The position numbers and the translations under genes were made by a program. Below the pieces are notes generated by a model. That model was not told the origin of the DNA. It ran no database searches and saw only the letters and a list, made by a program, of their open reading frames with translations. Below, piece by piece: positions 12,716 through 24,924 of a stretch of DNA of 64,000 nucleotides. Source of the stretch: Neoechinorhynchus agilis. Its lineage: Eukaryota > Animalia > Acanthocephala. The stretch lies in assembly GCA_051530055.1 (NCBI GenBank), contig CM121341.1, forward strand, positions 2,072,615 to 2,136,614, read 5' to 3'. Positions within the stretch are counted from its first letter, which is position 1. Each line of letters begins with the position of its first letter.

Positions 12716-15700
12716 ATGCTATCTCTAATTTTTAGAAAGCCATCACTGTCAGACAAAATCGAATCTCAGCTAAGAAATTCATTTTTATTCGCCTTCCTTT
12801 GTCCGTGCTTATTTGGTGACCCTGAGATTCCGTCGGACGACGACCTGCGTTCCAGATTATTAAACGAAAATTCTAGCGAACACAAAGTATGCGTGAAAAA
12901 TTTATTCACCACTTTCTCAACCTCAGAATACATTTAGACTTTAAAGCAACTAGTCTCCTTCTTTGTTGGAATTCTTGTTTCAGTGATTGTAACTTACTCA
13001 TTGATTGCTGTTGCCGAGCAATCGGTCACGAGAAGTTTTATTGCTGGAAATATTGTTGGAGGATTGTGTTCATGGCTTTTGGCATTCAGTCAGACCTTTA
13101 GATGCCACTTTTTATTAATGTTTCCGTCTTTTTTAACCGGTACACCAAATGAGAAATATAATTTTAAAATATTGACAAAAATCAATAGGGCAAGGGAGAG
13201 TTGTTATTTATAATATTGTGCTGTATATAGTTTTCAATCATGTCATGGGCAATGCGATCAGGAATATAAAGAGCGTTGTGTTGATTATTGCTTGTTTACG
13301 ATCCATTTCGAATCCAAGTCGTGGAGATCTAAGACAAGGATTGAAGGCATCTTTTTTAGGTTGATTTTTTCGTTAATTAATTTTTAAGTCTTAGATTCAT
13401 CATAAACGAAATTCTCACTTCCGCTTGTATTTCAAACTCGTCGTTGTATTCCTAAAACTTCGTCATGTCTCATGAATTTTTTCACTCATCCCTATTTTAA
13501 AGAACTCAACATTTAAATGATATATAGTAAAAATTAACCCGCATAAACATCACGCTTCAATAGTTATACAATCACGAATGCATGATATGATCGATCGAAT
13601 GAAAAGGCAACTTTTAGGATTAAATTACTGCTTTCGTGCAATGATTGACTCAATAAATCTTTTAGGTAGGATACTCTAAATTCGCTTTTTACACAAGTTT
13701 ATTCATCTAGCTGATGTTATCACATTTTCGTTTCAATACCTTCATTCGCTTCTGGAACTATGCCAGTTGTACAGTTCCGATGATTTTTACAATCACTGCG
13801 CCAAATCGTTTACTGCTGATACTAGCATTGGAACAATTGGGCGGAAAATCTACACTTATATTTTATGTACAAGTAAAGGAGGTAATATTTTCATTTGCTA
13901 GTTTAATCAATATTTGCTTATATAAAGTAATGTTCAATTCTCTATGCAAGAGTAAAGAAGGCTACGATTTAAGTAAAACTGCAATTTTATTAGGTGCAGT
14001 ATAATTTAGGCAGCCAATGACGTGATTACATTTTGAAATAGCCTTAAAGAGGCGAGTGGACGGTATTCAGAATCAGCTGGAATTTAATCACACAATCGAT
14101 TATGATATTTGGAACAACTTAAGCCAGTCAATGGACTTAAATGCGTTTATGAAAGATTTTCATTCTACTTTTTATGCAAGAATGCGGCCGATCACTATAC
14201 TCACAAGCATATTCCGTTTTGGACTATTGACAACAATTACTGTCCTATTTGTTTGGTTTGGTTGTATATTTCTTCCTTTTTTATAACTTTGTTTTTTAGG
14301 ATGTTTATTTATAGACAGCGTTGGCTCTCTAGTATTTCGTTCGATAACTATTAAAGCAGAGATATTCTAAGATTTATATTCGGCAACTATTTTTCCTCCC
14401 TTAATAATTTTTGCAAATATAACTACAGAATTGGCTAAGATATTTTTGCCTATAATAAACTGTCAATTCGTAAAATAAAAGAACATAGGTGAACGGATTT
14501 AAAAAATCATACACATTTGTCTTGAAAAATATTCCTTAAATATTACAATTGTATGGGCATACAATTATTCCTCCAACTTGCATCGATTAGTCAGAAAATC
14601 TCTGCAGTATGTGGACGCTGCTTTTGTAAGATTTGACGACTTAAGGCACCGTCAAACAGGTCGACGACTTCTTCCGCTCAAATTTTTAGAGAGAACAAAG
14701 TTTACGGAGATCGGAATCAATTTATGTAGGATTTTTATTTTCCTCCTGGTATAATAAGATCTATTTCTTAGCTTCTAGTGTGCTTACAGCTCGAGAACTC
14801 GTTAGTATCACCACCAGCCTCATCTATTGGTTTTTGATTACCGCTTTTGTATCGTTCGTGATTATGTTTGATAACCTGGTTCATCGATTTGGTTTAATGC
14901 TAAAAACGAGCATGAACTATTCCTTCAATCCTTCTCATTGTTTGTCTTATTCACAAGGGAGAATTGACCTTTACTTGATATTTCCAGATTTGGTGAAGTT
15001 TCACATTGAAGTCGACGGCCATGGGTTTGTTGCTCAATTGCTAAAGGATCTTGTAGACGGTATCGCAAATACCACTGATGCTGGTAGAATGATTGACGTT
15101 TATAAATGTTCTCCTGTATTGACACAGCCAGGAAACCATGTTCTCGGAGTTGTTGGTAAGTTGATAGAGAAATACACCGATTTGTTTTTCGCCTTGGATG
15201 CACAGATTTCAAAAGAAGTACCCAAGATATTTGCATAATTTAAACTTTTCCTTTAGGTAGTATTTTAATCAATATTCAGATTGAATTTTCGTGCCAATTT
15301 TTTTATCAGTGCTGAGGAACTCACATCATTGTTAGATCAATAAGCGGTACACAACTACTGGAAATTAGTTATTCAGTAATAAGCATTAATTAAAGCTTAT
15401 TTGTTAATCGCAGCAATTTTTTAATGTGGGAAACTTGATAAACTTTTTTTTGAAAAGTTACGTTGATCCACCTATTTTTTACCAACAAAAATACATTTAC
15501 CAAAAACAATAAAGATGTTAGCCATTTTTCGGGGACATTTTAGTACTCTTTAGTGCTTTTCCCTAAACTTCATCTTTAGAGTGCCGTTGTGTAATCTTGA
15601 TTTAAAGCATGGAAAATGTGTTTTAATTTTTATGGAATTTAAATATATATGTTTGAAGTTACACATCTCATTTAGAAAAAATTGCAAACTAAAAGCAAAA

Positions 15701-16133
15701 AATCCTCGAAGATATCGATTTTAAAAGACTGTTTATACAAATTAGCTCGTTTTTATTACTATTTCATCTTAATGCATCTTACAAGCTTGCACAAATTCTC
15801 CATAAAATACATAATTTCCTAACCCATTTTAGAATGCTTTGATTTCCTTCCAGATTGCTAGGATCTCAAAGAATTGTTTTCCTTATATATTATTAATGAC
15901 GTATATCATGATTATTTATTATTAAATGTTATTCCATTTAAGGATTTCTCATGGTATTATCATGCATTGCATGTATAATTCAAGGCTATTGTCAAAGATT
16001 TCGACCGCTCATAATGGGTATTTACTATCCTGTACACCATGCTAACAGAATAAAATGGCTTTACGAGCGTATTGCATTGGGCCGAAAACGTAAGAGCTCA
16101 TATAGCATTCTATTAGCGTTTACACTGCCTTAG
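12716..16133 (+). CDS. DC-STAMP domain protein (DCST1/2, sneaky, SPE-42 family), about 11 exons
   Basis: Family motifs occur in order after splicing: AFSQTFRCHFLLMFPSFLTGQGR, N..RN...IIAC, a Cys-rich segment, YRQRWLSSISFDNY|YVDAAFVRFDDLR...LLPLKFLER, FDNLVHRF, IEVDGHGFVAQLLKDLV, CSP...P, and GYCQRFRPLIMGIYYP...RIKWLY. One splice donor looks defective (see findings). Confidence 0.85.
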
Positions 16134-16339
16134 ATTTGAAGTTCGATTATTTGGAAAATAGAAGGATATCGGATTTAATGAGTAGACAAGCTTTAACATC
16201 GAGGTAGTAGCAACATATACAAAATTTATAGCCTTTACAAATTTGGTCATTTATTAAGAAGCATTTACTTTTGTTGTTTCAAAGCGCAAATCATCATTAA
16301 TATCTTAAAAAGTTTTAAAATAAAAAAATTAATTATTAT

Positions 16340-16650
16340 TTTTTTTATCAGTGAACACGTAAAAAATTTATAAAAGTTAAGATGGAACGGCGAAACATCC
16401 TTATCCTGCACTGCCTCGAGGATCCACGATCCTTTGATAAAAATAATTGGCTACACGGGGATAATTTTTTTTAAATTATTACTACCTTTTCATTATTAGT
16501 GAACACGTAGTTTTTTTCTAAAAGTTTCGATGGGAACGGAGTAACATCTTCATCCTCCATTGTCTCGAGGATGCATCCAGCATTCCCTTTCTGAATCCCG
16601 CAACTGATTCTCTGATAAAAATATTTGGCTGCACGAGGTCCCAACCTTGA
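16340..16650. repeat. Degenerate ~150-bp tandem repeat, 2 units; same family at 63760-63970
   Basis: Both loci share the blocks ATCAGTGAACAC, AAAAGTT..GATGGGAACGG, TGCCTCGAGGAT and ATAAAAATAATTGGCT. Confidence 0.7.
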
Positions 16651-17139
16651 ATAAAGGTTCTACAGTGCTTGGTTCGACGACACAAATTGTCTCAATGACA
16701 AGAGATTGGCTTATAAAAAGTCAACGAATCGCTATTTTTGGCGCCCTAATATTTTGCCATTTTTGATCTTTTAAACTTCACAGGCAAATCATTCCCAAGC
16801 ATTGCATAAGACGAACAGCCGATTTTTTCAACGTCCTTATCAGACTCTTTACTATTACGTTAATTGCTAAATATCATTCGCGTTTGATACTTCCTTGCAT
16901 TTTCGACGCCTCTTTAACACTTGAAACCCCCTTGGTACTGAGCAAAATCTTGATCGGCGTGTCTTCCTTTCGTTGCTTAAAATTAAAGCCAATTTTTTAA
17001 CTTCATTGATTTACTTTTACGTTCAAAGCACCTCAAACGTAATATACTCCTCTAAGCTATAATAAAAGCTTCTTACTTTAGACCGCGATTTTTTGTAAAA
17101 AAATTTTCATAGAAAAATGTATTTTATTTAACCAAAAGC

Positions 17140-17450
17140 AAGCATACACAATTTATAGTTTCTTCGACGCTCCTATTCATCGGCGCTGGCCAAAATGCTA
17201 GCCGCATTGCCCCGCTGCACCGCAATGCTTATTTTTTGAGCTAGGAACGAAGTCGATCTTGGCTCTCCAGTCGCCGCGTTGATACGTTTCCCCAAGTCCT
17301 TCAGGAGGGCCAGTGCCGACCCTCCCAAGGCCGTTTCCACACCGAAGGGGACAAAATTGTAATTTCGGATTAGCTCCCTGTATTTTGAGCATTTCCGATC
17401 ATCTGCCGCCGTCGCCGCTCCTCCTGGACCTTTTTTCGAGTTGCTGATGT
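17140..17450 (-). mobile_element. 5'-truncated CRE-type non-LTR retrotransposon fragment (endonuclease C-terminus plus 3' UTR)
   Basis: Nearly identical to 60590-60880. It encodes ...KYRELIRNYNFVPFGVET...AVQRGNAASIL with a frameshift, and shares its 3' UTR with 44225-44270. Confidence 0.85.
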
Positions 17451-20400
17451 AGGGTCGCGGTTCGATTGAATAAGGATTATAATATTTAAAATAGTAGAAC
17501 AGTAGTTTTTAACAGTTTTAAAATTTTAAATTTTAAAGAAAAATCATCGAATAATCTTGTTTTTTATTAAATTGTATGGCTGCAAATTGTTTCGTACTGC
17601 TTTCAATCTCCATTTTTAACTTCTGGCTTCGATCCGATTTGTTGTTGTTGCCTCTAAATAAATTTAAATTGGATGAATGGATTTTTATCGCATATTTTCT
17701 GTTTATTTGGATCACTTTGAGGGACCAGTTCTTAAGGGCTTCATTTACTGTTACTGAAATCGAATTAATTAAGACTTAACGTAGCTTCTAAAGTTTTTGG
17801 TGACATTAAATGTTTTAATTTTAATTTATAAAGAATATAAAAGTAGCCTTTTGGTATAGTTTTTTCGCTTTGCACGATTCAACCAGACACTAATGTTTAA
17901 TATAGATATTTAAAATTAAAAATTAGATAGAAACTTGTTTGAAGAAATCCTAAAAGGTTTTTATCTATCCTTATTATCAAAATTCAAATTTTTTGTAAGA
18001 CAGTAAATATTTTAAACTTTTTAGCGCATATTTTTGGGTTTTAGCATTTCTAATGATTCAATTTTATTTATCTGGAGCAATTGCTTTCTTACCAGAGAGG
18101 AATACGATACAGCATTTATCGTGGTTCCCATCAGTTTTATCATACAAACAATTTGCATTAGTTGTTGTACTTTCGATTCAAAAATCAGAAATTAGCAATA
18201 AAATTGTTTTGTTTCTATTACCAGCAAAATATATTAATTTCTTAATTAATTGAGGCTGATGAATGCTTTGAATATAAGCGACCTTTTGGGTAAAGTTGGA
18301 ATAATCAAGAATTTCGCCAAGACCGAACGCTGTACGGCTTGTGGACTATTTGCTGATTCCGTAAAATATTGTATGGATCCAGATTGCGATGGTATGTCCC
18401 GAATTTAGCAACTAAGGAAGTAAATGCTGTTCCAATAGGTGTTATCTGTATCGACTGCCTAAAGAAAATCAATAAATGTCCACTTTGTCGTAAAATAATT
18501 GACGACGACAGCGATGATGATTTAATGAGGTAATTCAAAAATATGACATCTTATTTTTGGATACCTAAGGTTTTAATGGATATCCATGACTTTTGGCAGT
18601 TTTGACTTTGCAATAGTGCCCTTACTCGTTGCTTCTCCTAAAGTCTTATTGTATGCAAAGTACACTTTTGTACATTTGACAATGCATTCTTGAAATGTTC
18701 CTTTAAAGAGGGTGCCGTTGATATGAGTAACTTTTCTGTCAAGAAATTGTGGCAGAGGGTTTCATTTTAAACGTAATCGAACCCCAAACACTTATGTTAT
18801 TATGAAGTTTTTCCTATGATAAAACGATAAGGTTCTCTATGGCTCTTTCAAATTTCTAATTTCAATTGTGAGTTAAGCTCTTTGTAAATCAACCTTTATC
18901 TTCGTTAGATTTAAAAATTACACGAAATGGATTTAATGTTGCTATTGAAAGTAGCCTTAAGCAAACTATAAATTAAAAGTTTTCAAAAATTTGTTCAAAT
19001 TTGATATTAGAGCAATTTCCATTCGTTTATCATCATTTCCCCAAAGTTGTAAAAATTGTAACTTTTCGTACACGGCTATAATTATTGATGCTTAAATGAA
19101 CCTCGATTAGCATTTGAGATGATTGATGACAGTTTTAGTTGCTGTAATACAAGGAACTCGTTTCGGAGCGTGGCTCATTAGCAAAGTTTTTCCTACTGGA
19201 AAAGCTTTGGGTACCATCTTAGATCAACGTTATAATGCAATTTATAGGATTTTACAACTCTTAGTTCAAACTTTTATCGGTGCTGAATTGCTTATTTTTC
19301 TTCTTGTCTCTATTTAAAGTGGGACAGTGGTAAATTTAGAAATTAAACAACTTTAGCAACGCTTTTCTTCTGAAAAAAACGACCCTCAATTTCGACAGGA
19401 TGTCCTTCTATTTTATTAATGTTGCTTTTACACTGATGAAGGTGTAACTAATGGCTATTTTTCCACCTTAAAGTCTTTTTATTGTTTCGTTTACATTTTG
19501 TGAGCAATACCATGAGTCGTATGAAAACGAGAAATGTACATACGCCTCACATATTCACATAGATACTAAAGATCCATCGCCAAAAATTGCCTTATACCAA
19601 AATACCTAAAACTCAAGCTCAATTACGTCTATTGTGCGATCAATGTTAAAATAATCGGTTTCGGCTAAATTTAAGGCAATACTATTGATTTAGTTCGTTG
19701 CGTTCACCTTTGATCTACATACATAAAACAACTGTTCTCCCCATTTGCCTTTGCGTTTCTCGGCTAATCTGGAAAAATTGGCGAAACGGCGCGATAATAT
19801 TTTTCCTTTCATCGAGAAACCCACTTAGTCAGACATGATTGTATAGCTGCTGAACAAAAGGCACAAACGTGTTACTCGAGTCTGTGGCAAAGACAATCAT
19901 GCTTGACAAAGGTGTATTTCTTCACATCAATTTGAACGTTGTCCTTGAAATGGCATAAATTTGTTTCTATTTTTTAAATCGCTGATTATATTGAAAATTT
20001 TCGATATTTTTTGGCAGGGAAAAATGCTGGGCTTTTGAAGAAGTAAATAGCAATTACCTTTACCAAGTTTGCATCTGAATAACACCTTGAGAAACAACCG
20101 CGACGCCCAACACTTATTGAACATGCTTTGTTGTTCGAGTAAAAGACTGTAGTCTAACTGGTGTCTGCGGAAACGAGAATTTTTAAACCATTCGTGTTTT
20201 AAAGTTTCAAAAAAACGCCTAGTAAATTTCTTGTTCATCTTTCGATTTTAAGGAATCAATGGTCTCACAACATAAATAACTTTTCAAATATTCCTCCAGA
20301 GGCACTCAACGGTAGAAGATGATGAATTTGTAATGAGTAGGGAAATCTAACGTTGATCTAGTAGTGAGAACAATTCTGAAATCGCCATTGATCGGTTGTT

Positions 20401-20749
20401 ACTGATGCAAATATTGCTAATACATCTTAATGCTCTATCTTATAGAACCTTTGAGCGTATATATAGCTTCATAGACGAAAATATGTAGAATGAATTTTGT
20501 AACTTTTTTTAAAACTTGTTTTATCTGAACGCTTAATCGATTTAGTGAACTAGACGACATTGAAGAGAACGACAGTGACTTAAAGAGTATATTTTTCTCG
20601 TGAGTGTTTGTAAAAGTATCTTTTTCTGCGATGTTATGAGCGAGTTTAATTTCGTAGCGACTCATGTTTCTTTTGTTTTACACCATATGAGTCTTTAACG
20701 CACAAAACCTCAACGACTTCCCTTTGCTTTACTCATCCTTCTAAAATAG

Positions 20750-21676
20750 ATGGTTTTGGCGCTCCCTGACTGGTTGATCGACAAAGCAGTCAGTTTTGTT
20801 ATTAAGAGAATTAAAACGCTTAACGGTGAAACACAGCAGAAACTGCTCGATGCCATAAGGAAAGAAGCGAATGACTATGTAAATAATACAACTGAAAAGG
20901 AGTACAGTTATAACGATCTTATTTATCGATTACAACAAAGAGCTAACTTTGCCGAAAATGACGATTTTTCTGTAGCTGTGGAGAATCAGCACAATCCGCG
21001 TTGGAACCAGTTTCCGATCATCAAACCAAGCTTAAATAACCAGTATCATTTTCAACAAAATCAAAAAGATTTCCATCAATTTCCACAGCAATTTGCGATC
21101 CAACCTCAAGACCCGTATTTCTACGAACAATTTTCCCAAACTTCTCTATTTCCTGAACAAACTCGGATTACGCCAGGAAATTGCTCAGAATTTCAAAACC
21201 AACAAATGATGGTACCCACTATGAATCCCTACAAACCACCATGTAATTCTTATTTCACCGGAAGGAATGATCCCTTACAATCTTCGATTTCAACTACTGA
21301 TCTCTCGAACCGTTTTTATCCACAGACTATTTACATGAGCCAACCAGCTTTCACACCGAATCGAACAGACTCCGCGAAAATGTTCACCGCCTCAAGACCC
21401 ATTGCTGTGACAAATGGAGATCCATATAGTTTGGATAATGCTTCTTATAAAAGAAACTCAAGTGATAGACATAATTGGCATCGGTCGGATGAATATTACG
21501 AAAAGCACCGATCTTCCCCGAAAAAAGTGACATTTGATGATACTGTCATAAAAGTTCCGGACCCAAAGAAAGTTCCCCTTAAAGGATGTCTAAAGAAACC
21601 AAAGGACGAGTACTTTTATACCTTAAATCATCCGAATCTTCCCATTGGTGCTCGACTTCCAACTGAACAGCGTTAG
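20750..21676 (+). CDS. Single-exon orphan ORF, 308 aa, Q/N/P-rich, with candidate PP1-docking motifs
   Basis: A long uninterrupted ATG-started ORF in an AT-rich background. The C-terminus contains KKVTF (RVxF-type) and KGCLKK (SILK-like). No domain recognised. Confidence 0.55.
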   Translation: MVLALPDWLIDKAVSFVIKRIKTLNGETQQKLLDAIRKEANDYVNNTTEKEYSYNDLIYRLQQRANFAENDDFSVAVENQHNPRWNQFPIIKPSLNNQYHFQQNQKDFHQFPQQFAIQPQDPYFYEQFSQTSLFPEQTRITPGNCSEFQNQQMMVPTMNPYKPPCNSYFTGRNDPLQSSISTTDLSNRFYPQTIYMSQPAFTPNRTDSAKMFTASRPIAVTNGDPYSLDNASYKRNSSDRHNWHRSDEYYEKHRSSPKKVTFDDTVIKVPDPKKVPLKGCLKKPKDEYFYTLNHPNLPIGARLPTEQR

Positions 21677-24329
21677 ACCACGGATTCTGTCACTCAACGA
21701 AATAAATATGATTCTTTATCTTTCACTCGAGCAAAGGCGGCATTGTCTATCTGTGTGTATAATAAAATCTAGAACGTGGAACAAAACCAGGATAACGAGT
21801 GTGGAATGACTTCACAACAATCCTATAGTTTGCTTTAACTTCCCAGTAGATTAAAAGGAATCGCAGGCGCCGCTAAAACACTTTAACGATTTTGCATTTA
21901 TGAAGGGAGGCTCTGATACAGATGATAATGTCGCATATATAACTTAATGTCAGGACACGATTAGTATCAGATTTTCCCTGAAGTATCAGTATGTTGCCTG
22001 GTGAAAAAAGACCAACGTTTAAATGAATTCATATTGCCAAACTTAATAAGAAGTGTTGAAGTTGTCGTTGAGACAAGAAAGTACAAAATCTGTAGTCGAT
22101 CGCAAACACGAATGTAAGTTCAAAACATTCGAATCTTTTATTCATAAATTATATGCCCTCATTAGTTGTATAAAGGTTTATTTGTCTTTTTCATTCTTTT
22201 TCTTGAAATAAAGCAAGAAGTCATCGGATTGTCTGTCCCGATTTCTATTGGTTAGGGATATTGCGTAAGGCGCAATACACGAACCTCTAGCAAATGTAAT
22301 AAGCTGTTATAAAATTATATATTAAAATTCCCAGGTTGCTTTCAAGTATTCAACAAGTTATAAATATCTTCATATTGTGCGGGTATAAATAAAGGATTTA
22401 AAAAATCCGCAGCAAATTATCCACATTTAATGTGTTAGTTTAAAGAGTTACTTTGTTTTTTAATGTATAATAAAATATCATGTCCTGTAAAAAATAAAAT
22501 TAAAAAATGATATTAATCATATTCGAAACAAATTGATTTGTTCTGCTCTTAATATTCAAATGTTTAAAAAATTATTGAAGTAAACTAGTTCAACAATAAA
22601 AGATGAAATCACTAATTGGACCGGCGTTTTTTCAACATTGAAATGTTATTATGAACTTTGTAAAAGTTGCCTGCATAGAATGTTTATAAAATCTTTTTTA
22701 TACGAAGATATTTGTGTTCTATCGATTAGTTTTTTCGTAATTGTTTTTTTGATAAAAATTCAATGCTTTAAGACCATATCATAGTGTTTTGACACGAAAA
22801 TATAAGTATATCTTTTACAGTTATTTAACGACGTGATAAAAACTAAAAATATTTTTCGGTTCGTATACTAATTTAAACAACGCTTTACGGGAAAAAATAT
22901 ATAGCTTAAAATCAATTGCAGTGGTCTGAACTTGGTGCATTAAACTAGCGACATCTTCTAAACGTTTTATTATTAGTTGAGGCCACCAATTGCGTAAGAT
23001 TTTGAGGCCCGGTTTAAAGATAACGATTGAATAAACTACATCCTCATATAAAATTTTTACTAGAAGTGAGCGCAAAAAATTATTCTAGTGATCAAAACAG
23101 ATTACGATGTTATGGTTCCAGTAAATTTCCACATAAATATTCTATTTAACTATAAAAAAATATGGAAAGCCTCTTTTCCCAACACCCTCATGTTTTATTC
23201 CAGATTCCTTTTCAGGTAACCGAAGAAAAGCTTCCTGACGAAGACGCAAGGCGTCGAAAATTTGAAGCAAGAAATTAATAAAACACCCATTTTCCGTTCG
23301 ATAATAAATCTGCTATTTAACTATAATAAACGCTGAAATATAAATTAGTAATTTAAACTTTCACGCACATTAAATTTTATTCAATCAAAAAAGGGAATAT
23401 CATAAATTTAACTAAAATTCCACGCCAAATGGAATTAAGCAAAAAAATGTTGAACATAATTTAAATTTTTTTTTGAAGAAAGTGTCAATGTGAGGTTTTT
23501 TTCAACGGCGTGTGCCCAAGGGAAATTATGAGCCGTGGAAAAAGGCCGCACATTGATAATGTAAAATGTTTACATTTATCACTTTTTATAATTTAACACA
23601 TTAAATGATTGATTATCTCTCATTGGTTTAAAACAATAACGAAATTTTCCCTCATACTCTCGTTTAATATCCTCCGTACTTTTAGCTAAGTACCAATTCA
23701 CGAATACTTCTGACCATCGATTCAATGTCTCGTGAGGGCGCATCTTTGAATACACAGACTGAAACTCTTGGATTATTTGGCCGTTCAAGCTCGATTGATA
23801 GTATTGATATGCGTAGAAACAAAAATTCAGGAGCGGTATATACACCGCATGAAATCTATGGAACATTCGCGCATCAAATGTCAGTATTGGGTAGACGGTT
23901 GAGTTCTCAAAAATCATGTTACTTTTATTAATCTACATAATATTTAATCACAAGTCATAGTTTGCCTTTTAATTATTTCTCTATTTTAAGACTAGAATTC
24001 GTGGAATTTAATTTTAAACGAAAATTAATAAGTTTAACGGCAAATGAGCAGGATCGATATTTGTTATCGATGCAAAAATAGACGAATACATTTGATTCGA
24101 TAAAAATTGGTGATTTATTAATTTAAATTGGTAAAGTTATCGAATAGAAAATTTTATTGTGCAACGATCTACTAATAAATGTTATAGGCAAGAGTGAATA
24201 AGTGTTTCCGACATCACAAGCGTGCAAAATTGGTAAATTTGTTTTATTATTTAATAATATTGATTTCGAGTTTCTAAAATCCTAATTTTTTGCTCCTGGT
24301 GATTTTTAAAATGATTCCTTTCGCTTTTA

Positions 24330-24791
24330 AGGCCGGTATTCAATGATGAAAGTACCAATATACCTCTTTATGGACGCCGAAGATCATCTTCTCGCTGTTC
24401 GACATGTGCGGCTATCTTTTAGAAAAAATCAAATATTTCAATTATTCTTGATTTTAGTAACTCTTAAGAGGTGGCTTTATGAGCACTATAGGAACCCTTA
24501 CCCTACAAAAAATGAGAAAGTAATGCTTGCAATGATGACAAGAATGACCTTGACTCAAGTATCAACGTGGTTCGCGAATGCTCGAAGGAGACTAAAAAAG
24601 GAATCAACCGGAAAAGGCTAGTCAGTGCAAAAACTGTTCTGGTGTTTCTATCTAAAATTTATTCAGAAATTGCACTAGCGAAGGGATACACGGACCGTAA
24701 GAAGAAAATTAAATTGGAGAAGGCAGAAAATCTCTCGAGGAAAATAGTTAATTCTGACAATATTTGGTCTATTGATTCCATGTTGCATTAG
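24330..24791 (+). CDS. Irx: Iroquois-class TALE homeobox gene, very short; 5' end uncertain
   Basis: [48 protein letters not shown] is the Iroquois homeodomain signature. A ~52-nt GT-AG intron precedes it. A GC-AG intron (24617-24666) leads to a last exon with an IRO-box-like IWSIDSML. Confidence 0.9.
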
Positions 24792-24924
24792 ATAGCGCAT
24801 CGTGTTTTGTGACAGAATAAAAATATGGTGTCTCGGCAGCACTAAGAAAATCTGCCAATAGGATTGTATTCATCACTATCAATAACCGATTTATTTTGCC
24901 TTTAGCTATTGTAAAAGTGAACGA

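Noticed and set aside
14349-14354. Alternative genetic code (TAA read-through) to explain the DCST stop
   Set aside because: Other genes in the window terminate at TAA normally, and the family alignment favours an intron at this point.
16375-16400. GATGGAACGGCGAAACATC and relatives at 16530, 63770 and 63912 as degenerate hammerheads
   Set aside because: No copy has an intact core, stem II is at most 1 bp, and GAAAC is present in only one unit.
17450-17470. tRNA T-arm-like GGTCGCGGTTCGATT next to a CRE fragment
   Set aside because: Too short, with no cloverleaf and no A box.
18250-18285. CTGATGA followed by a GCTT/AAGC stem
   Set aside because: It is followed by GACC rather than GAAA, has no helix III and no inverted partner. 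Similar isolated heptamers at 19434, 32776 and 62858 were also rejected.
18305-20665. Several short minus-strand ORFs as one gene
   Set aside because: I could not assemble a consistent spliced frame or recognise a domain. The same applies to 22821-23917 and 52940-53690.
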